From an uncultured archaeon (GTDB lineage: Archaea; Micrarchaeota; Micrarchaeia; Anstonellales; Anstonellaceae), in the NCBI GenBank assembly GCA_902384555.1, contig CABMCD010000004.1:11909-75908 (forward strand): a DNA stretch of 64,000 nucleotides, given 5' to 3'. Shown here piece by piece: positions 45,141 to 55,199 of the stretch. The stretch's first letter is position 1, and each line of letters opens with the position of its first letter. The notes under the pieces were generated by a model that ran no database searches, was not told the origin of the DNA, and saw only the letters and a list, made by a program, of their open reading frames with translations. The position numbers and the translations under genes were made by a program.

Positions 45141-45731
45141 TCAGGCGGTCGCGAGGGAGGCGAACAGGGCGGTCGAGCCCTTGGCAATCATCTCAATCGC
45201 AATGGCCGTGAGGAAGAGGCCCATCACCTTGGAGACGATTTCAATCACCTTGGGGTTGATGCGCGGCAGGAAGAGGGAGAAGAGCCAGAACACCAGCCCG
45301 ACCACGAAGAAGGCGCCGGTGGCCTGCACCAAAACGGGCAGCACGCCCATCTCGATGGTGCGAATCGTGAGAAACGACATCACGGCCGGACCGGTGAGCA
45401 GGGGGGTGGCGATGATGGCGATGAGGCTGTCCACCTCGTTCACCTCCTCGCGCACGGGCTTGGGGCGCACGGTCTCCACGCCCAGCAAAAAGAGGATGAC
45501 GCCGCCCGCGATGCGGAAGGAGTTGATGGAAATGCCGTAAAGCGAGAAGAACTGCGGCCCGAAGAGAATGATGCACACCGCCACCGCGTAGGCGGCCACC
45601 GAGGCCTTGATGGCGATGGAGCCGACGTCGAGCTTCTTCTTTTGGGCCGACATCAGCACCGGAAAGGAGCTCAAGGGGTTGAGCAGGACGAAAATTTGCA
45701 GGATAATGGCCGTGTCGAACATCGACAGCAT
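45141..45731 (-). CDS. MarC-family (UPF0056) integral membrane protein, second copy
   Basis: Same architecture as 21207-21860 (LNPLSSFPVLMS, PLLTGPAVMS). Confidence 0.65.
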   Translation of the reverse strand: MLSMFDTAIILQIFVLLNPLSSFPVLMSAQKKKLDVGSIAIKASVAAYAVAVCIILFGPQFFSLYGISINSFRIAGGVILFLLGVETVRPKPVREEVNEVDSLIAIIATPLLTGPAVMSFLTIRTIEMGVLPVLVQATGAFFVVGLVFWLFSLFLPRINPKVIEIVSKVMGLFLTAIAIEMIAKGSTALFASLATA

Positions 45732-45878
45732 GCGAATCGCCTCCAGAAATTGGGGAAATCAACATAACGGCCCGGCATGCGGGCTTGAGCCGACTTTCGA
45801 TTAAGCGTCTCATCGATTGGGAATGGTCGCCTGCCGCCTGTTGGAGGGTGAAGCTTTTTATCCCATTGCCCCCGGGGC

Positions 45879-46886
45879 CTACTGCAGCTCGCCCACCAGC
45901 TCTTCCAGCAGGTCTTCCAGCGTCACGATGCCCACCATGCGGCCCTGCGCGTCCTCGACGCCGGCGATGTTGCGGCCCATGCGCTGCAGGCGCGCGAAGG
46001 CCGTGTGCGTCTTCTCGTGCGCGGGGAAAAGCACGGGCTTGGTCATGGCGGTGCCCACCGGCATGCCCGGATGGTGGCGCACGGCGCGCGCGAGGGTGCG
46101 GGTGCCGATTACCCCCACCATGCGGCCCTGCGCGTCCAGCACCGGGAAGCGGGAGTATTGGCTGTCAATCGCCTGCTCCAGCGCCAGCTCGACGGGCTGG
46201 GACATCGAGAGCGAGGTGACGCGCTCTTTGGGCGTCATCACCTGGTCCAGCGACTTCTTGTCGAATTCCAGCACGTTCTCAATCAGCTTCTTTTTCTCCA
46301 GCGTGATGCTCTGGTGCTCCGCCCCCAGCTGGATGGCCGAGCGCACGTCGTCCTCGCTGAAACGCTCGACGCCGGTGGGGCGGGCATAGACGCCGGGAAT
46401 GAGGCGGTTGATGAACTCGAAGACCACCACCAGGGGGAAGAAGGCCCAGCAGAACACCTCGATGATGGGGGAGAAGGAGAGGATGATGGATTCTCCGTAC
46501 GTGGTGGCCGCGCTCTTGGGCGCGATGTCGCCAAACGTGAGCAGCAAAAAGCTCATCAGGCCCACCGCCACCCCAAGGCCGGTCTCCTCGCCAAAAAGGG
46601 TGGTGGTGATGGAGGTGGCCAGCACCGAGGCGGCCACGTTGGCGATGTTGCTGCCGATGAGAAGGGTGATGATGACGCGCCGGCGCTTGGAGCGCAGGCG
46701 GCCCAGGCTCTCGACCCCGGGCTTGCCGCGCTCGTGCAGGGTGTGGAAGCGCACGTTGCTCATGGAGAGGAAGGCGACTTCGGAGGCGGCAAAGAAGGCC
46801 GAAATGCCGATGAGAAGAGCCAGGAAAAAGAGCTCCAGCCAAAATTCCATGCTACACTGATGGGTCAAAAGGCTTTTATCCCGCAC
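45879..46886 (-). CDS. CNNM/CorC-HlyC family membrane protein (DUF21 + tandem CBS domains)
   Basis: N-terminal DUF21 TM domain (FFAASEVAF), then CBS-pair region, C-terminal ...GIVTLEDLLEELVGE. Probable start at MEFWLEL (~46850). Confidence 0.7.
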   Translation of the reverse strand: MRDKSLLTHQCSMEFWLELFFLALLIGISAFFAASEVAFLSMSNVRFHTLHERGKPGVESLGRLRSKRRRVIITLLIGSNIANVAASVLATSITTTLFGEETGLGVAVGLMSFLLLTFGDIAPKSAATTYGESIILSFSPIIEVFCWAFFPLVVVFEFINRLIPGVYARPTGVERFSEDDVRSAIQLGAEHQSITLEKKKLIENVLEFDKKSLDQVMTPKERVTSLSMSQPVELALEQAIDSQYSRFPVLDAQGRMVGVIGTRTLARAVRHHPGMPVGTAMTKPVLFPAHEKTHTAFARLQRMGRNIAGVEDAQGRMVGIVTLEDLLEELVGELQ

Positions 46887-46978
46887 GCCAGAGGGGGATT
46901 AAAAAGGCAGACCGGCCCCGCCCGGCCGCAAGGGGGGGGTGGAAAAGAGGAGAACGGGCGGATGGGCCGGATGGCGGC

Positions 46979-47935
46979 TCATTCCAGCTCGACGGTGGCC
47001 GGCGGCTTGTTGGTGATGTCGTACACCACGCGCCCCACTTCGCGCACCGAATTGGTGATGCGGCTGGAGATTTTCTCCAAAAGCTTGGGGGGCAGGTGCG
47101 AGAAGTTGGCCGTCATGCCGTCCAGCGAGCGCACGGCGCGCACCACCACGGTGTAGTGGTACGAGCGCTCGTCCCCGCGCACGCCCACGGTCTTGGTGGG
47201 CAGCAGGGCGGCAAAATACTGCCAGGGCCGCTCGATTTCGCCCGCGGCGGCGGCCTTCTCAATCTCCTCTTCCACCACCACGCAGCATTTGCGCACGATT
47301 TCAGCCTTTTCGCGCGTCACTTCGCCCACGATGCGCACGCCAAGGCCGGGGCCGGGGAAGGGCTGGCGCTCGGAAATGAGGGGCGGCAGGCCCAGCTCGC
47401 GGGCGAGAATGCGCACTTCGTGCTTGTAGCAGTCGCGCAGGGGCTCGAACAGCTCCAAACCCATCTGCTCGGGCAGGCCGCCCACGTTGTGGTGGCTCTT
47501 GATGGTGTCGCGCCCCGCCCCGCCGGACTCAATCCAGTCGGGGGCGATGGTGCCCTGCACCAGGACTTTGATGTGGTGCCCTTTGGCGTATTCCTCGAAC
47601 ACGCGGATGAACTGCTCGCCAATGATTTTGCGCTTTTGCTCCGGCTCCTCCGCCCCTTTGAGGGCCGAGAAAAAGCGCTCGGAGGCGTTGACGATTTCAA
47701 GGCGCAGGCCCAGCGGCGCGAAGGCGGCCTTGATTTGCTCGGCCTCGCGCTCGCGCATCAGGCCGGTGTCCACAAACACGCAGTGCAGCTGCGCCCCCAC
47801 GGCCTGGTGCACGATGAGGGCGGCCACGGAAGAGTCCACGCCCCCCGACAGGGCCAAAAGCGCGGGCTTGGAGCCGATTTTCTGCCGGGCCAGGGCCGCT
47901 TGGGTTTCGATGAATTTGGATGGGTTGAACGCCAT
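46979..47935 (-). CDS. guaAB: GMP synthase subunit B (ATP pyrophosphatase, PP-loop)
   Basis: PP-loop SGGVDSSV, C-terminal dimerisation domain ...KPPATVELE. Start at MAFNPSKFIE. Confidence 0.85.
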   Translation of the reverse strand: MAFNPSKFIETQAALARQKIGSKPALLALSGGVDSSVAALIVHQAVGAQLHCVFVDTGLMREREAEQIKAAFAPLGLRLEIVNASERFFSALKGAEEPEQKRKIIGEQFIRVFEEYAKGHHIKVLVQGTIAPDWIESGGAGRDTIKSHHNVGGLPEQMGLELFEPLRDCYKHEVRILARELGLPPLISERQPFPGPGLGVRIVGEVTREKAEIVRKCCVVVEEEIEKAAAAGEIERPWQYFAALLPTKTVGVRGDERSYHYTVVVRAVRSLDGMTANFSHLPPKLLEKISSRITNSVREVGRVVYDITNKPPATVELE

Positions 47936-47969
47936 GTCAAGACCTCGACAAACGGAATGAAACGGAAAT

Positions 47970-48563
47970 CTAGGAACCCAGGGAGCGCACGTCCACCAGC
48001 TGGCCGCTGTGCTGGGAGAGATAGACCGAAATCCCGCTGCCGTCCGCCAGCGCCCAATTGACCTGCCACACGTTGGATTCGCCATTGAAGGCGGGCAGGA
48101 GCTGGACCGAGGGCACGGCCTCGGGGTGGTTTCTCAGAAAGGCGCCCACCGAATCGGTGCGCGGGGCGGTGTGCGAGGCGATGATGGCCTCCTCCATGTA
48201 GGACAGCACGCAGGTGCTGTTGGCCCCGAGGCACACCTGGCAGTTCCCCACCAGCGTCTCGGGCGAGCGGCGCACGAAGCTTTGCGGTGGGTAGTAGTAT
48301 TCGACTTCGAGGCGCCGGGGGCAGGGGGTGGAGAGGTTGTAGGCCACGCGCGCCTTGAGCAGGTAGTAGGCGGACGCGCCCTCGCCCACCTGCGCCGAGC
48401 TGAGGATTTCGCGCGCGTCCGCGTTGGGATAGCTGCGGGCCAAATCCTCGGCAAAGAACTGCCGCGCGTCGGTGTCGGTGGGCTTGTTATAGCGGTTGGA
48501 GAGCGAGAGCAGGGCGATGACGGCCACCGCCAAGAGGAGGATGAGAACCACTTCTTTTCGCAT
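47970..48563 (-). CDS. hypothetical secreted/membrane-anchored protein
   Basis: N-terminal hydrophobic signal/anchor (VVLILLLAVAVIALLSL). Confidence 0.45.
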   Translation of the reverse strand: MRKEVVLILLLAVAVIALLSLSNRYNKPTDTDARQFFAEDLARSYPNADAREILSSAQVGEGASAYYLLKARVAYNLSTPCPRRLEVEYYYPPQSFVRRSPETLVGNCQVCLGANSTCVLSYMEEAIIASHTAPRTDSVGAFLRNHPEAVPSVQLLPAFNGESNVWQVNWALADGSGISVYLSQHSGQLVDVRSLGS

Positions 48564-48691
48564 AGGGAGGAGAGGGAAGCCGGATTATTTAAGGATTGGC
48601 CCGAAGGGGAAGAAAAAGGCAAAAAAAACAGCCCGGCGGCCTCGGGGCCGCCCGGCTTGGACAGGAGGCTCGCAATCGAAGGCAGACCTCT

Positions 48692-49858
48692 TCAGACCGG
48701 CACCGCCGCCTTTTTGCACACCAAATACACGGCATAGGCCTGCGGCAGCTCGAGCGTCCGGCCGGCCTCAAGCGCGTCCATGGTCTGCCCGCCGATTTGG
48801 ATGGACGGCACGGCGCGCTCCACTCTCACCTTCTCCTGCGCATCCATGCGAAACGCCAGGGCCGAGCGCATGGGCTCGTAGGACGAGAGGCCGATGCCGG
48901 GCGGAATGGTTTTGGCCAGCAGGCCGCTGCCGCCGTGGATGGTGTCGGGCATGCGCAGGATTTTGGTGGTGTCAAACGTCACGTTCACGTCCGTGTCGAC
49001 TTGGTTGGATAGCTGCAGTTTGATGCCCGTAAGCATGCGCTTGAACACCTCTTCGGCATGCGGGATTTGCACGTCTGACCAGCGGCCGGCCTTGAGGCCG
49101 GAGATGAAGCGCTCCACGTTCTCCTTTTTCTTTAATTTGGTGGAAATGGAAGGCGCCAAGGCGGGGTCGGAGGCCATGGCGACGAGGCGGCGGGCGAACT
49201 TGCCCCCATAGCCGCCCGTGGTGGGCGTGGGGCCCAGCAGGCGCGACATGGTGGTGTGGCCGGGAATCGGCTCCTGCACCAGCATCTGGTCCAGCGCCAC
49301 GCCCGCGCCTTCGATGTAATCCACAATCTCTCTTCGCTCGTCGCGGCCCAGCGGCTCGAGCTCCTTTTTGTAGGCCCGCACATGAAAGCCCCGCGAGCCG
49401 GAGAAGGAGAGTTGCATCTCCTCGCGCTTGAGGCCGAAGTCGGGAATGAGGAAGTCCTCCACGAGGCGAATCATGTTTTCGCGCACCTTGTGGATGCAGG
49501 CCTCGCAGGTGAAGGGCGCGCAGGGCTCGCCCCCAGAAGCACACTTGTCGGAAGGGGCGTCCAAATCAAAGACCAAGTCCGCGCCCTGCCAGTTCTTGCG
49601 CGCCATGGGCCGGCCGTCGGGGAATTCGTAGTAGGCGGAGGAGGCCGACACATAGAGCGGCTTGTCGCGCACCAGCTGCGCCTTCAAATCCTCGGCCGAG
49701 GCAAAGCTCATGTGCCGAAACTCGATTTTGCGCTCCCAGCCGCCGAATCCGAATTCGCGCCGCTCGATGCGCGGGAGGGTGGGTGCGGGCGCGCCGCGGT
49801 AGTAGGAGGCAAATCGCTCGCACAGCCACAAATGGGGGGAAAGAGCCATGAGAATCAC
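48692..49858 (-). CDS. priS: DNA primase small (catalytic) subunit PriS
   Basis: Catalytic motifs DLVFDLDA and SFSGSRGFHVR, plus a Zn-binding CxxC...CxxC region. Confidence 0.8.
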   Translation of the reverse strand: MILMALSPHLWLCERFASYYRGAPAPTLPRIERREFGFGGWERKIEFRHMSFASAEDLKAQLVRDKPLYVSASSAYYEFPDGRPMARKNWQGADLVFDLDAPSDKCASGGEPCAPFTCEACIHKVRENMIRLVEDFLIPDFGLKREEMQLSFSGSRGFHVRAYKKELEPLGRDERREIVDYIEGAGVALDQMLVQEPIPGHTTMSRLLGPTPTTGGYGGKFARRLVAMASDPALAPSISTKLKKKENVERFISGLKAGRWSDVQIPHAEEVFKRMLTGIKLQLSNQVDTDVNVTFDTTKILRMPDTIHGGSGLLAKTIPPGIGLSSYEPMRSALAFRMDAQEKVRVERAVPSIQIGGQTMDALEAGRTLELPQAYAVYLVCKKAAVPV

Positions 49859-50940
49859 GAACTACTCTTCTTCTCGGCGTGGGGGTCGGAAATTTCCTCC
49901 CCTTTTTCAGCCGGCGCCATGCCATGCACCGTATGCTTCATGCTCTCGCGCGCATTTCGGCCGTGCTTTTCCTCGCGGTAAAAAACGGGGCTGCCGCAGC
50001 GGCACACCGCGATGCAAAGCCCCCAGCTGTCCATGGTGGAGCACGAGGCCATGGAATAGCCCTTCTTGCGCGCGTATTCCACCTGATAGCGCGTGGTGTC
50101 GGCGTTGTAGTCGGGGGCGGAAGCGAAGAGGGCGCAGATTTGCTCGTCCGGCAGGCCGGCCTTAATCAGATACACGGCCAGCGCCACGCGGCCCAAATGC
50201 GGCACGTTGATGGAGGCGCGCAAATCGGTAATCAGCTTGTTGATGCAGGGCGGGAAGTCCTTGGTGTCGATTTTGATGGGGGCCAGATTCTCGCGCGGAA
50301 GCAGGTCGGTGAGGCGGGCGATGACGGGCTTGTATTCGTCCGGCGGGTCGGGCATGGGCGGGAGCGGCTCTTCGAGGCGGCGGCGCACGGCCTCCTCCAA
50401 TATGCGCAGGCGCTGGTGCGCCGAGACGCGCACCAAACCCTTGTCCAATTTGGCGTTCACCAGCTTGTAGTGCACGTCGCGCGGGCAGAAGCGCAGATAC
50501 TGCCAGAAGGGGATGGAGAACGCGGGTTCGGAAGAGGAATTGGAGGCGGAATCGGCCGCCAAGACGGGAGCAGGGCTGAAATCCAAACCCAGACTTGCGG
50601 CCAGTTTTTCGGCATACTGGGCCCGGCCGTCCTCGCTGGTGCGCAAATAATCGTGCGCCCGCTTCGACTCGGCCACCGCCATGCGCCGCTCGGCCCAGCG
50701 ATTGCCCCACGCGGCCAGAATCAGGCGCGAGGCGGCGTAGGAGAGGATGGCCTGCTTGTGCTCCGAATCCAGGGAGGTGGCTTCCAGCTTCAGCTCGCCG
50801 GATGAGAGCGCCGCGCGCAGGCGCGCCTCGCCGGAGGCAAGGGCGGCCGCATCCAGCTGAAGCTTCTGCTCGCGCGCCCAGGAGCGGGCCTCCCCGCTGA
50901 AGGGGAAATGGGCGCAAAAACGCAGGTCAGCCATCGCCAC
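49855..50940 (-). CDS. priL: DNA primase large subunit PriL
   Basis: PriL fold, with a C-terminal 4-Cys cluster (PPCINKL ... CSTMDSWGLCIAVCRC) for the Fe-S domain. 4-nt overlap with priS. Confidence 0.7.
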   Translation of the reverse strand: MAMADLRFCAHFPFSGEARSWAREQKLQLDAAALASGEARLRAALSSGELKLEATSLDSEHKQAILSYAASRLILAAWGNRWAERRMAVAESKRAHDYLRTSEDGRAQYAEKLAASLGLDFSPAPVLAADSASNSSSEPAFSIPFWQYLRFCPRDVHYKLVNAKLDKGLVRVSAHQRLRILEEAVRRRLEEPLPPMPDPPDEYKPVIARLTDLLPRENLAPIKIDTKDFPPCINKLITDLRASINVPHLGRVALAVYLIKAGLPDEQICALFASAPDYNADTTRYQVEYARKKGYSMASCSTMDSWGLCIAVCRCGSPVFYREEKHGRNARESMKHTVHGMAPAEKGEEISDPHAEKKSSS

Positions 50941-51043
50941 ACTTGGGGAAGCAGACGATAAATAGGTTGAGGTGGGGGTTTTCCGCCAAAAAAAGGCGAA
51001 ACGCGGGCTGGCGCAAGAAAGGCTCGCTCGAAAAAGGGCCGAG

Positions 51044-51601
51044 CTATTTCCTTTTCCGCTTCGGCTTGGCGGGAGCGGTTTGGGGCGCGTGGGCCGGATA
51101 TTCCAAACTCACCACCCAGCCGCCGAAGCGGAAGGAGAGGTCGAAGAGCAGCAGCACCAGCAGAAAGAGCAGCGGCAGCCCGAAGAAGGCGGTGCCCAAG
51201 AGGGCGGCCAGCGGCGTCCAGACCCGCTCCTCGTTGAGGCGCTCCAATAATTTGCCCCGGCCCAGCTCCAGCTCGTCAAGCAGGCCGCTGGTGAGAAAGA
51301 GCGCAAACCACCACGGCGAAAAGCCGCCCAATGGCGTGAGCAGAATCACCAGGGCAAAAGCGGCCGCGCCCAGCAGATGGTAGGGGTGGTCGATTTTGCC
51401 CGACAGCAGGGAAGCCAGCGCCAAGGCGATGAACAGCGAGGAAAGCCCGGCCGGCCCGGAGAGCCAGCCCAGCAAAAGGCCGTAGGCTAGGGCGAGCAGA
51501 ATGGGAAGGTAGGAGGGGACGCGCAGGCGCCGGTCGATGATGTCGTCCACCACCTTGGCGCAAAAGCCGGCCAGCGCGCCGGCTCCCAAAATCTCGAACA
51601 T
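51044..51601 (-). CDS. hypothetical integral membrane protein
   Basis: 5 TM helices and a basic C-terminal tail. Confidence 0.45.
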   Translation of the reverse strand: MFEILGAGALAGFCAKVVDDIIDRRLRVPSYLPILLALAYGLLLGWLSGPAGLSSLFIALALASLLSGKIDHPYHLLGAAAFALVILLTPLGGFSPWWFALFLTSGLLDELELGRGKLLERLNEERVWTPLAALLGTAFFGLPLLFLLVLLLFDLSFRFGGWVVSLEYPAHAPQTAPAKPKRKRK

Positions 51602-51633
51602 GAAGAAAAGAGGGGGATAGAGAATAAAAGAGA

Positions 51634-51900
51634 CTAGGAGCGCAGGGCGCGCAGGAGCGCCACGCGCGCCGTCTTGTCATTGATGACCAGGCTGCGCAAA
51701 GCCGAGGAGGCCGAGCGCTCGCCGAGCATGTCCAGCCAGGGGCCGAAGTGGTGGCCCTTCGCATGATAAAGCACGGCTTCCAGAGGCGCGGTCTTGATGA
51801 GGTTGGCCAGCTCGTTGAGGCTCTTGGCCCGGCCCACCACGGCACCGCCCTTCTCCGGCGGCATCTTGAACACGAACTCCTTACCAATAGGAGCATCCAT
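51634..51900 (-). CDS. small hypothetical protein (88 aa)
   Basis: Clean ORF upstream of the membrane protein; no recognisable motif. Confidence 0.35.
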   Translation of the reverse strand: MDAPIGKEFVFKMPPEKGGAVVGRAKSLNELANLIKTAPLEAVLYHAKGHHFGPWLDMLGERSASSALRSLVINDKTARVALLRALRS

Positions 51901-51989
51901 ACTAAATCACCCCTCTCACTAATTAGGCCAACAGCTAGGAGGTATATAACACTTGTGGCTTGCTCCACGACGTAAAATACAAAATTGAA

Positions 51990-52838
51990 TCAACGCCCAC
52001 ATTCGATTAAATGGGCAGTCCGGGGCAGCTCGCTGGCCAAATCCAGCGAAGAGTAGTGCGCGCCCATCTTTTTGGAGAGCCGCAGGCCGGCCATGCCGTT
52101 GAGATAGGCGGCCGCGCAGGCGGATGAGAACAAATCGTTGTGGTCGGCCGCCAGGGCGGCGCACAGGCCGGCCAGCACGTCGCCCGTGCCGCCCTTGGTC
52201 ATGCCGACATGGTGGGTGGAATTGGTTTTGAAGCGGGCGGGCGAGGCGATGAAATCGGCCGGGCCCTTGCAGAGGAGGGTGCAGCCGGATTTTTTGGCGG
52301 CGTGGAAAACGGAGCGGGCCGTGGCCTTCTCCCCGAAAAGCGCCTTGAATTCGCCGGCGTGGGGGGTGAGGAGGAGGTTGGCGCGGATTTGGTTTGGTTT
52401 GAGCATGCGCAGGGCCGTGGCATCCAAAACAACGGGCATTTGTGAAGAAATGGCGCGGGCCAGCAGGGCGCGGTTCGCCCGATTGTCTTCCCAGCCCGGC
52501 CCGAGGAGGAAGGCGTCCGCCTTGCGCCAAAATTCGGCCAGTTTGTTTTTGCGCACCACAATGAGGTTGGGGCTGGCCCGCTTGAGGCGGGAAACAAGAG
52601 CCAGATTCTCATCCGTGGAATGGACATAGATCAAATCACAGAAGCGCACGGCCGCCAGGGCGGCCAGAATGAGCGAGCCGCTGTATTGCGAAGAGCCGGC
52701 CAGAATGAGCAGGCGGCCGTTGTCCCCTTTGTGGCTGGATTTGGAGGGCAGTCGCAGGGCGCGCCAATCGGCGGGAGAGCAGCGGGCGCGGGGCGGGCGG
52801 AAGCGCCCGGTGGACGAAGAAGCGCGGCGCGAAGCCAT
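51990..52838 (-). CDS. nnrD: ADP-dependent NAD(P)H-hydrate dehydratase (YjeF C-terminal / carbohydrate-kinase-like)
   Basis: KGDNGRLLILAGSSQYSGSLILAALAAVR, and the ...GTGDVLAG ATP-binding motif. Confidence 0.7.
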   Translation of the reverse strand: MASRRASSSTGRFRPPRARCSPADWRALRLPSKSSHKGDNGRLLILAGSSQYSGSLILAALAAVRFCDLIYVHSTDENLALVSRLKRASPNLIVVRKNKLAEFWRKADAFLLGPGWEDNRANRALLARAISSQMPVVLDATALRMLKPNQIRANLLLTPHAGEFKALFGEKATARSVFHAAKKSGCTLLCKGPADFIASPARFKTNSTHHVGMTKGGTGDVLAGLCAALAADHNDLFSSACAAAYLNGMAGLRLSKKMGAHYSSLDLASELPRTAHLIECGR

Positions 52839-52960
52839 GGCAGAGCCTCGAATAAGGGGAATAAAAGACCGCGCTCACGCTGCAGGGTTGTAGGTTATAC
52901 AAAACTCGTCTCTAACTATACGGCTGTCAGAACATATAAGTAAAATAACTCTAATTTACG

Positions 52961-53821
52961 TCAGAGCCGGCAATCCAGCGCCCGGTTGATGCGCGCGATT
53001 TCGTTCAGGGCCGCCTCCACGTGGTCCGACACGTTGGCCTTGAGATAGCCGTACGCAATCGAGGAGGAGGCGTTGATGCGGTGCAAGCCCAGATGCGAAT
53101 GGTCCAAGGCGCACAGGATGCGCCCGACTTCCTCCGGCGAGCCGCCCTGCGTGCCCACGCCGGGAATCAGCAGCGGCGTGGGCTGGCCCTTTTTGGAAAT
53201 GGCCTTGAGCACGGCTTCCAGCTCGACGGGGGCGGTGGCGCCCACCACCAGTCCGAGGCCGTCCGCGTGCCATTGCAGGGCCTTGTCCAGCACTTCCAAA
53301 TAGAGCGAGCGCTTGGATTCCTTGACGGTCAGCTCCTGAAAATCGGCTGCGCCGGCATTGCTGGTGCGGCAGAGCAGGTAGGCGCCGCGCCCCTCGCCGA
53401 ACCGGTCGATGAAGGGCTTCACGCTGTCGTGGCCCATGAAGGGCGAGAGCGTCACCGCGTCCGCACCCCAGAAATCGTAGCACTCTTTCGCGTAGGCGGC
53501 CGAGGTGGTGCCGATGTCCCCGCGCTTGACGTCGAGGATGACGGGGTAGCGGCCATAGTAGCGGTAGATGAGGTCCTGCATGGCCTGCAGGCCGTCCCAG
53601 CCGTATTGGGCGAAGAAGGCATAGTTGGGCTTGAGCGCCGAGATGCCGGGGTTTTCGGGAATGGAGTCGATGATGGTGGAGTAGAATTTCACGATGCGCT
53701 CGCGCGGGGAGCCCTTGATGGAGGAGGGGATTTTCTCCAAGACCGGGTCGAGGCCGAAGCAGAGCAGCGAGTCGTGCCGCTCGGCGGCCATTGCGAGTTT
53801 TTCGGTGTATAAAACGGTCAT
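52961..53821 (-). CDS. pyrF: orotidine 5'-phosphate decarboxylase (type 2)
   Basis: FGLDP, ILDVKRGDIG, and a ...GVGTQGG C-terminal phosphate-binding loop. Confidence 0.8.
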   Translation of the reverse strand: MTVLYTEKLAMAAERHDSLLCFGLDPVLEKIPSSIKGSPRERIVKFYSTIIDSIPENPGISALKPNYAFFAQYGWDGLQAMQDLIYRYYGRYPVILDVKRGDIGTTSAAYAKECYDFWGADAVTLSPFMGHDSVKPFIDRFGEGRGAYLLCRTSNAGAADFQELTVKESKRSLYLEVLDKALQWHADGLGLVVGATAPVELEAVLKAISKKGQPTPLLIPGVGTQGGSPEEVGRILCALDHSHLGLHRINASSSIAYGYLKANVSDHVEAALNEIARINRALDCRL

Positions 53822-53843
53822 GTCATCACGCCAAGGGGCATCA

Positions 53844-54581
53844 TCAGGCGCCGGCCCATTTTTGGGCGGCGGGCGTGCCCCACTTTTTGAAATAGGACTT
53901 CCAGGCCGACGCCTGCGCGGGCGGCAGGCCGGGCGCGAGGGCGGCGTAGAGCTCGCCCATGCGGGCGATGGCGAAGAGGGGGCAGCGCAATTTGGACTCG
54001 ATTTCCTCGGCCGCTCCGGGGCCGGCGGAAGCGGCGTCGCCCGAAGCCTCCTGCCGGTCCACGGCCACCAGGATGCCCGCCAGCTTGGGCTGGGGCAGCA
54101 CGGAGGCGATTTTCTCCCAAGCCTCGAACTTGGCCGCGCCGGTGGTAATCACGTCGTCAATCATCAACAGCTTCTGCCCCGATTTGAACTGGTCGGCCCC
54201 CACGATGACGGCATCGGCCTTCACGTCGCCGTGCGCCTTGGCCTCCTTGCGGTCGTAGAGGAATTTCTTGGAAATCTTGTGCTTTTTGAAGAGCGACGCG
54301 CAGGCCAGCGCGGCGAGGGGGATGCCCTTGTAGGCCGGCCCGAAGAGGAAGTCGAAGTCCTCCAGCTCCCCGGACTTGAGCAGGGCGGCGATTTTGTCTG
54401 CATAGGCTTCGGCCAGCACCACCAGCGCCTCGCCGTCGATGAGCGAGCCGGAGTTGAAATAGACCGGCGAGAGGCGGCCGGATTTGAGCTTGAAGGGCTT
54501 GGAGGCGTCGGGCGCGAGCTTGAAGGCGCCGCGCGCGAGCAGGAACTTGGCGAAATCGGATGAGCCGGCCATGGCTACCAC
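53844..54581 (-). CDS. pyrE: orotate phosphoribosyltransferase
   Basis: PRPP-binding motif LLMIDDVITTGAA, and the FKLKSGRLSPVYFN substrate loop. Confidence 0.8.
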   Translation of the reverse strand: MVAMAGSSDFAKFLLARGAFKLAPDASKPFKLKSGRLSPVYFNSGSLIDGEALVVLAEAYADKIAALLKSGELEDFDFLFGPAYKGIPLAALACASLFKKHKISKKFLYDRKEAKAHGDVKADAVIVGADQFKSGQKLLMIDDVITTGAAKFEAWEKIASVLPQPKLAGILVAVDRQEASGDAASAGPGAAEEIESKLRCPLFAIARMGELYAALAPGLPPAQASAWKSYFKKWGTPAAQKWAGA

Positions 54582-54638
54582 TCGCCGGTTGAAAATATAA
54601 AATGAGGGGAAAAGAGAGTGGGAAAAAGAATTTGTTTT

Positions 54639-54965
54639 CTATTCGCTCGGAGCGCCTTCCTCGGCCGGAGCCTCGGACGGGGCGGCCGCCGGAGCTCCCG
54701 TGGCCGGGCCCAGCGCCTCGCCCATGGCGAAGCGCTCGCGCACGTCGGTGATTTTGATGTGCACGGTCTGGCCCATGGAGGCGCCTTTCACGAAAATCAC
54801 GAAGCCCTCCTTCTTGGCGATGCCGTCGCCGCGCGAGGCCGTGGCTTCGATGGTGACGTCAATCTCGTCGCCCACTTTCACCGGCTTGGGGCCGCCCGAG
54901 CCGCCGCCCTCGCCGCCATAACCGCCGCGGCTGGTGCCGCCGAAACTGCCTCGTCCGCTGTACAT
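54639..54965 (-). CDS. TRAM-domain protein with a Gly-rich N-terminus and an acidic/Ala-Pro tail
   Basis: VKVGDEIDVTIEATASRGDGIAKKEGFVIFVKGASMGQTVHIKITDV is a TRAM beta-barrel pattern. Confidence 0.6.
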   Translation of the reverse strand: MYSGRGSFGGTSRGGYGGEGGGSGGPKPVKVGDEIDVTIEATASRGDGIAKKEGFVIFVKGASMGQTVHIKITDVRERFAMGEALGPATGAPAAAPSEAPAEEGAPSE

Positions 54966-55199
54966 AACGACTCAACTCCGTGCGGCGCGGGAAAGCTTCT
55001 GCGACCGGCGGGCGCGCAAGCTTCTGCGCGCCATGCGGCCCGCGCCAAGATGGGAAAGCAGAGGCGGTTTAAAATGATATTTGAGCCGGATGCGCAGAAG
55101 CGGGCGGGCGGGGGAACGGCAGGCCAGCTCCGCCGTTCGATGAAGAAATATACATGTTTTTCTACATTTGAAAACATTTATAATTATCACCGGTGGAAT

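Noticed and set aside
55140-55199. Upstream ATG (MKKYTCF...) for the alpha/beta hydrolase
   Set aside because: That 60-nt stretch is AT-rich with a TATA-like element and reads as a promoter; MSMEWK at 55200 fits a leaderless start better
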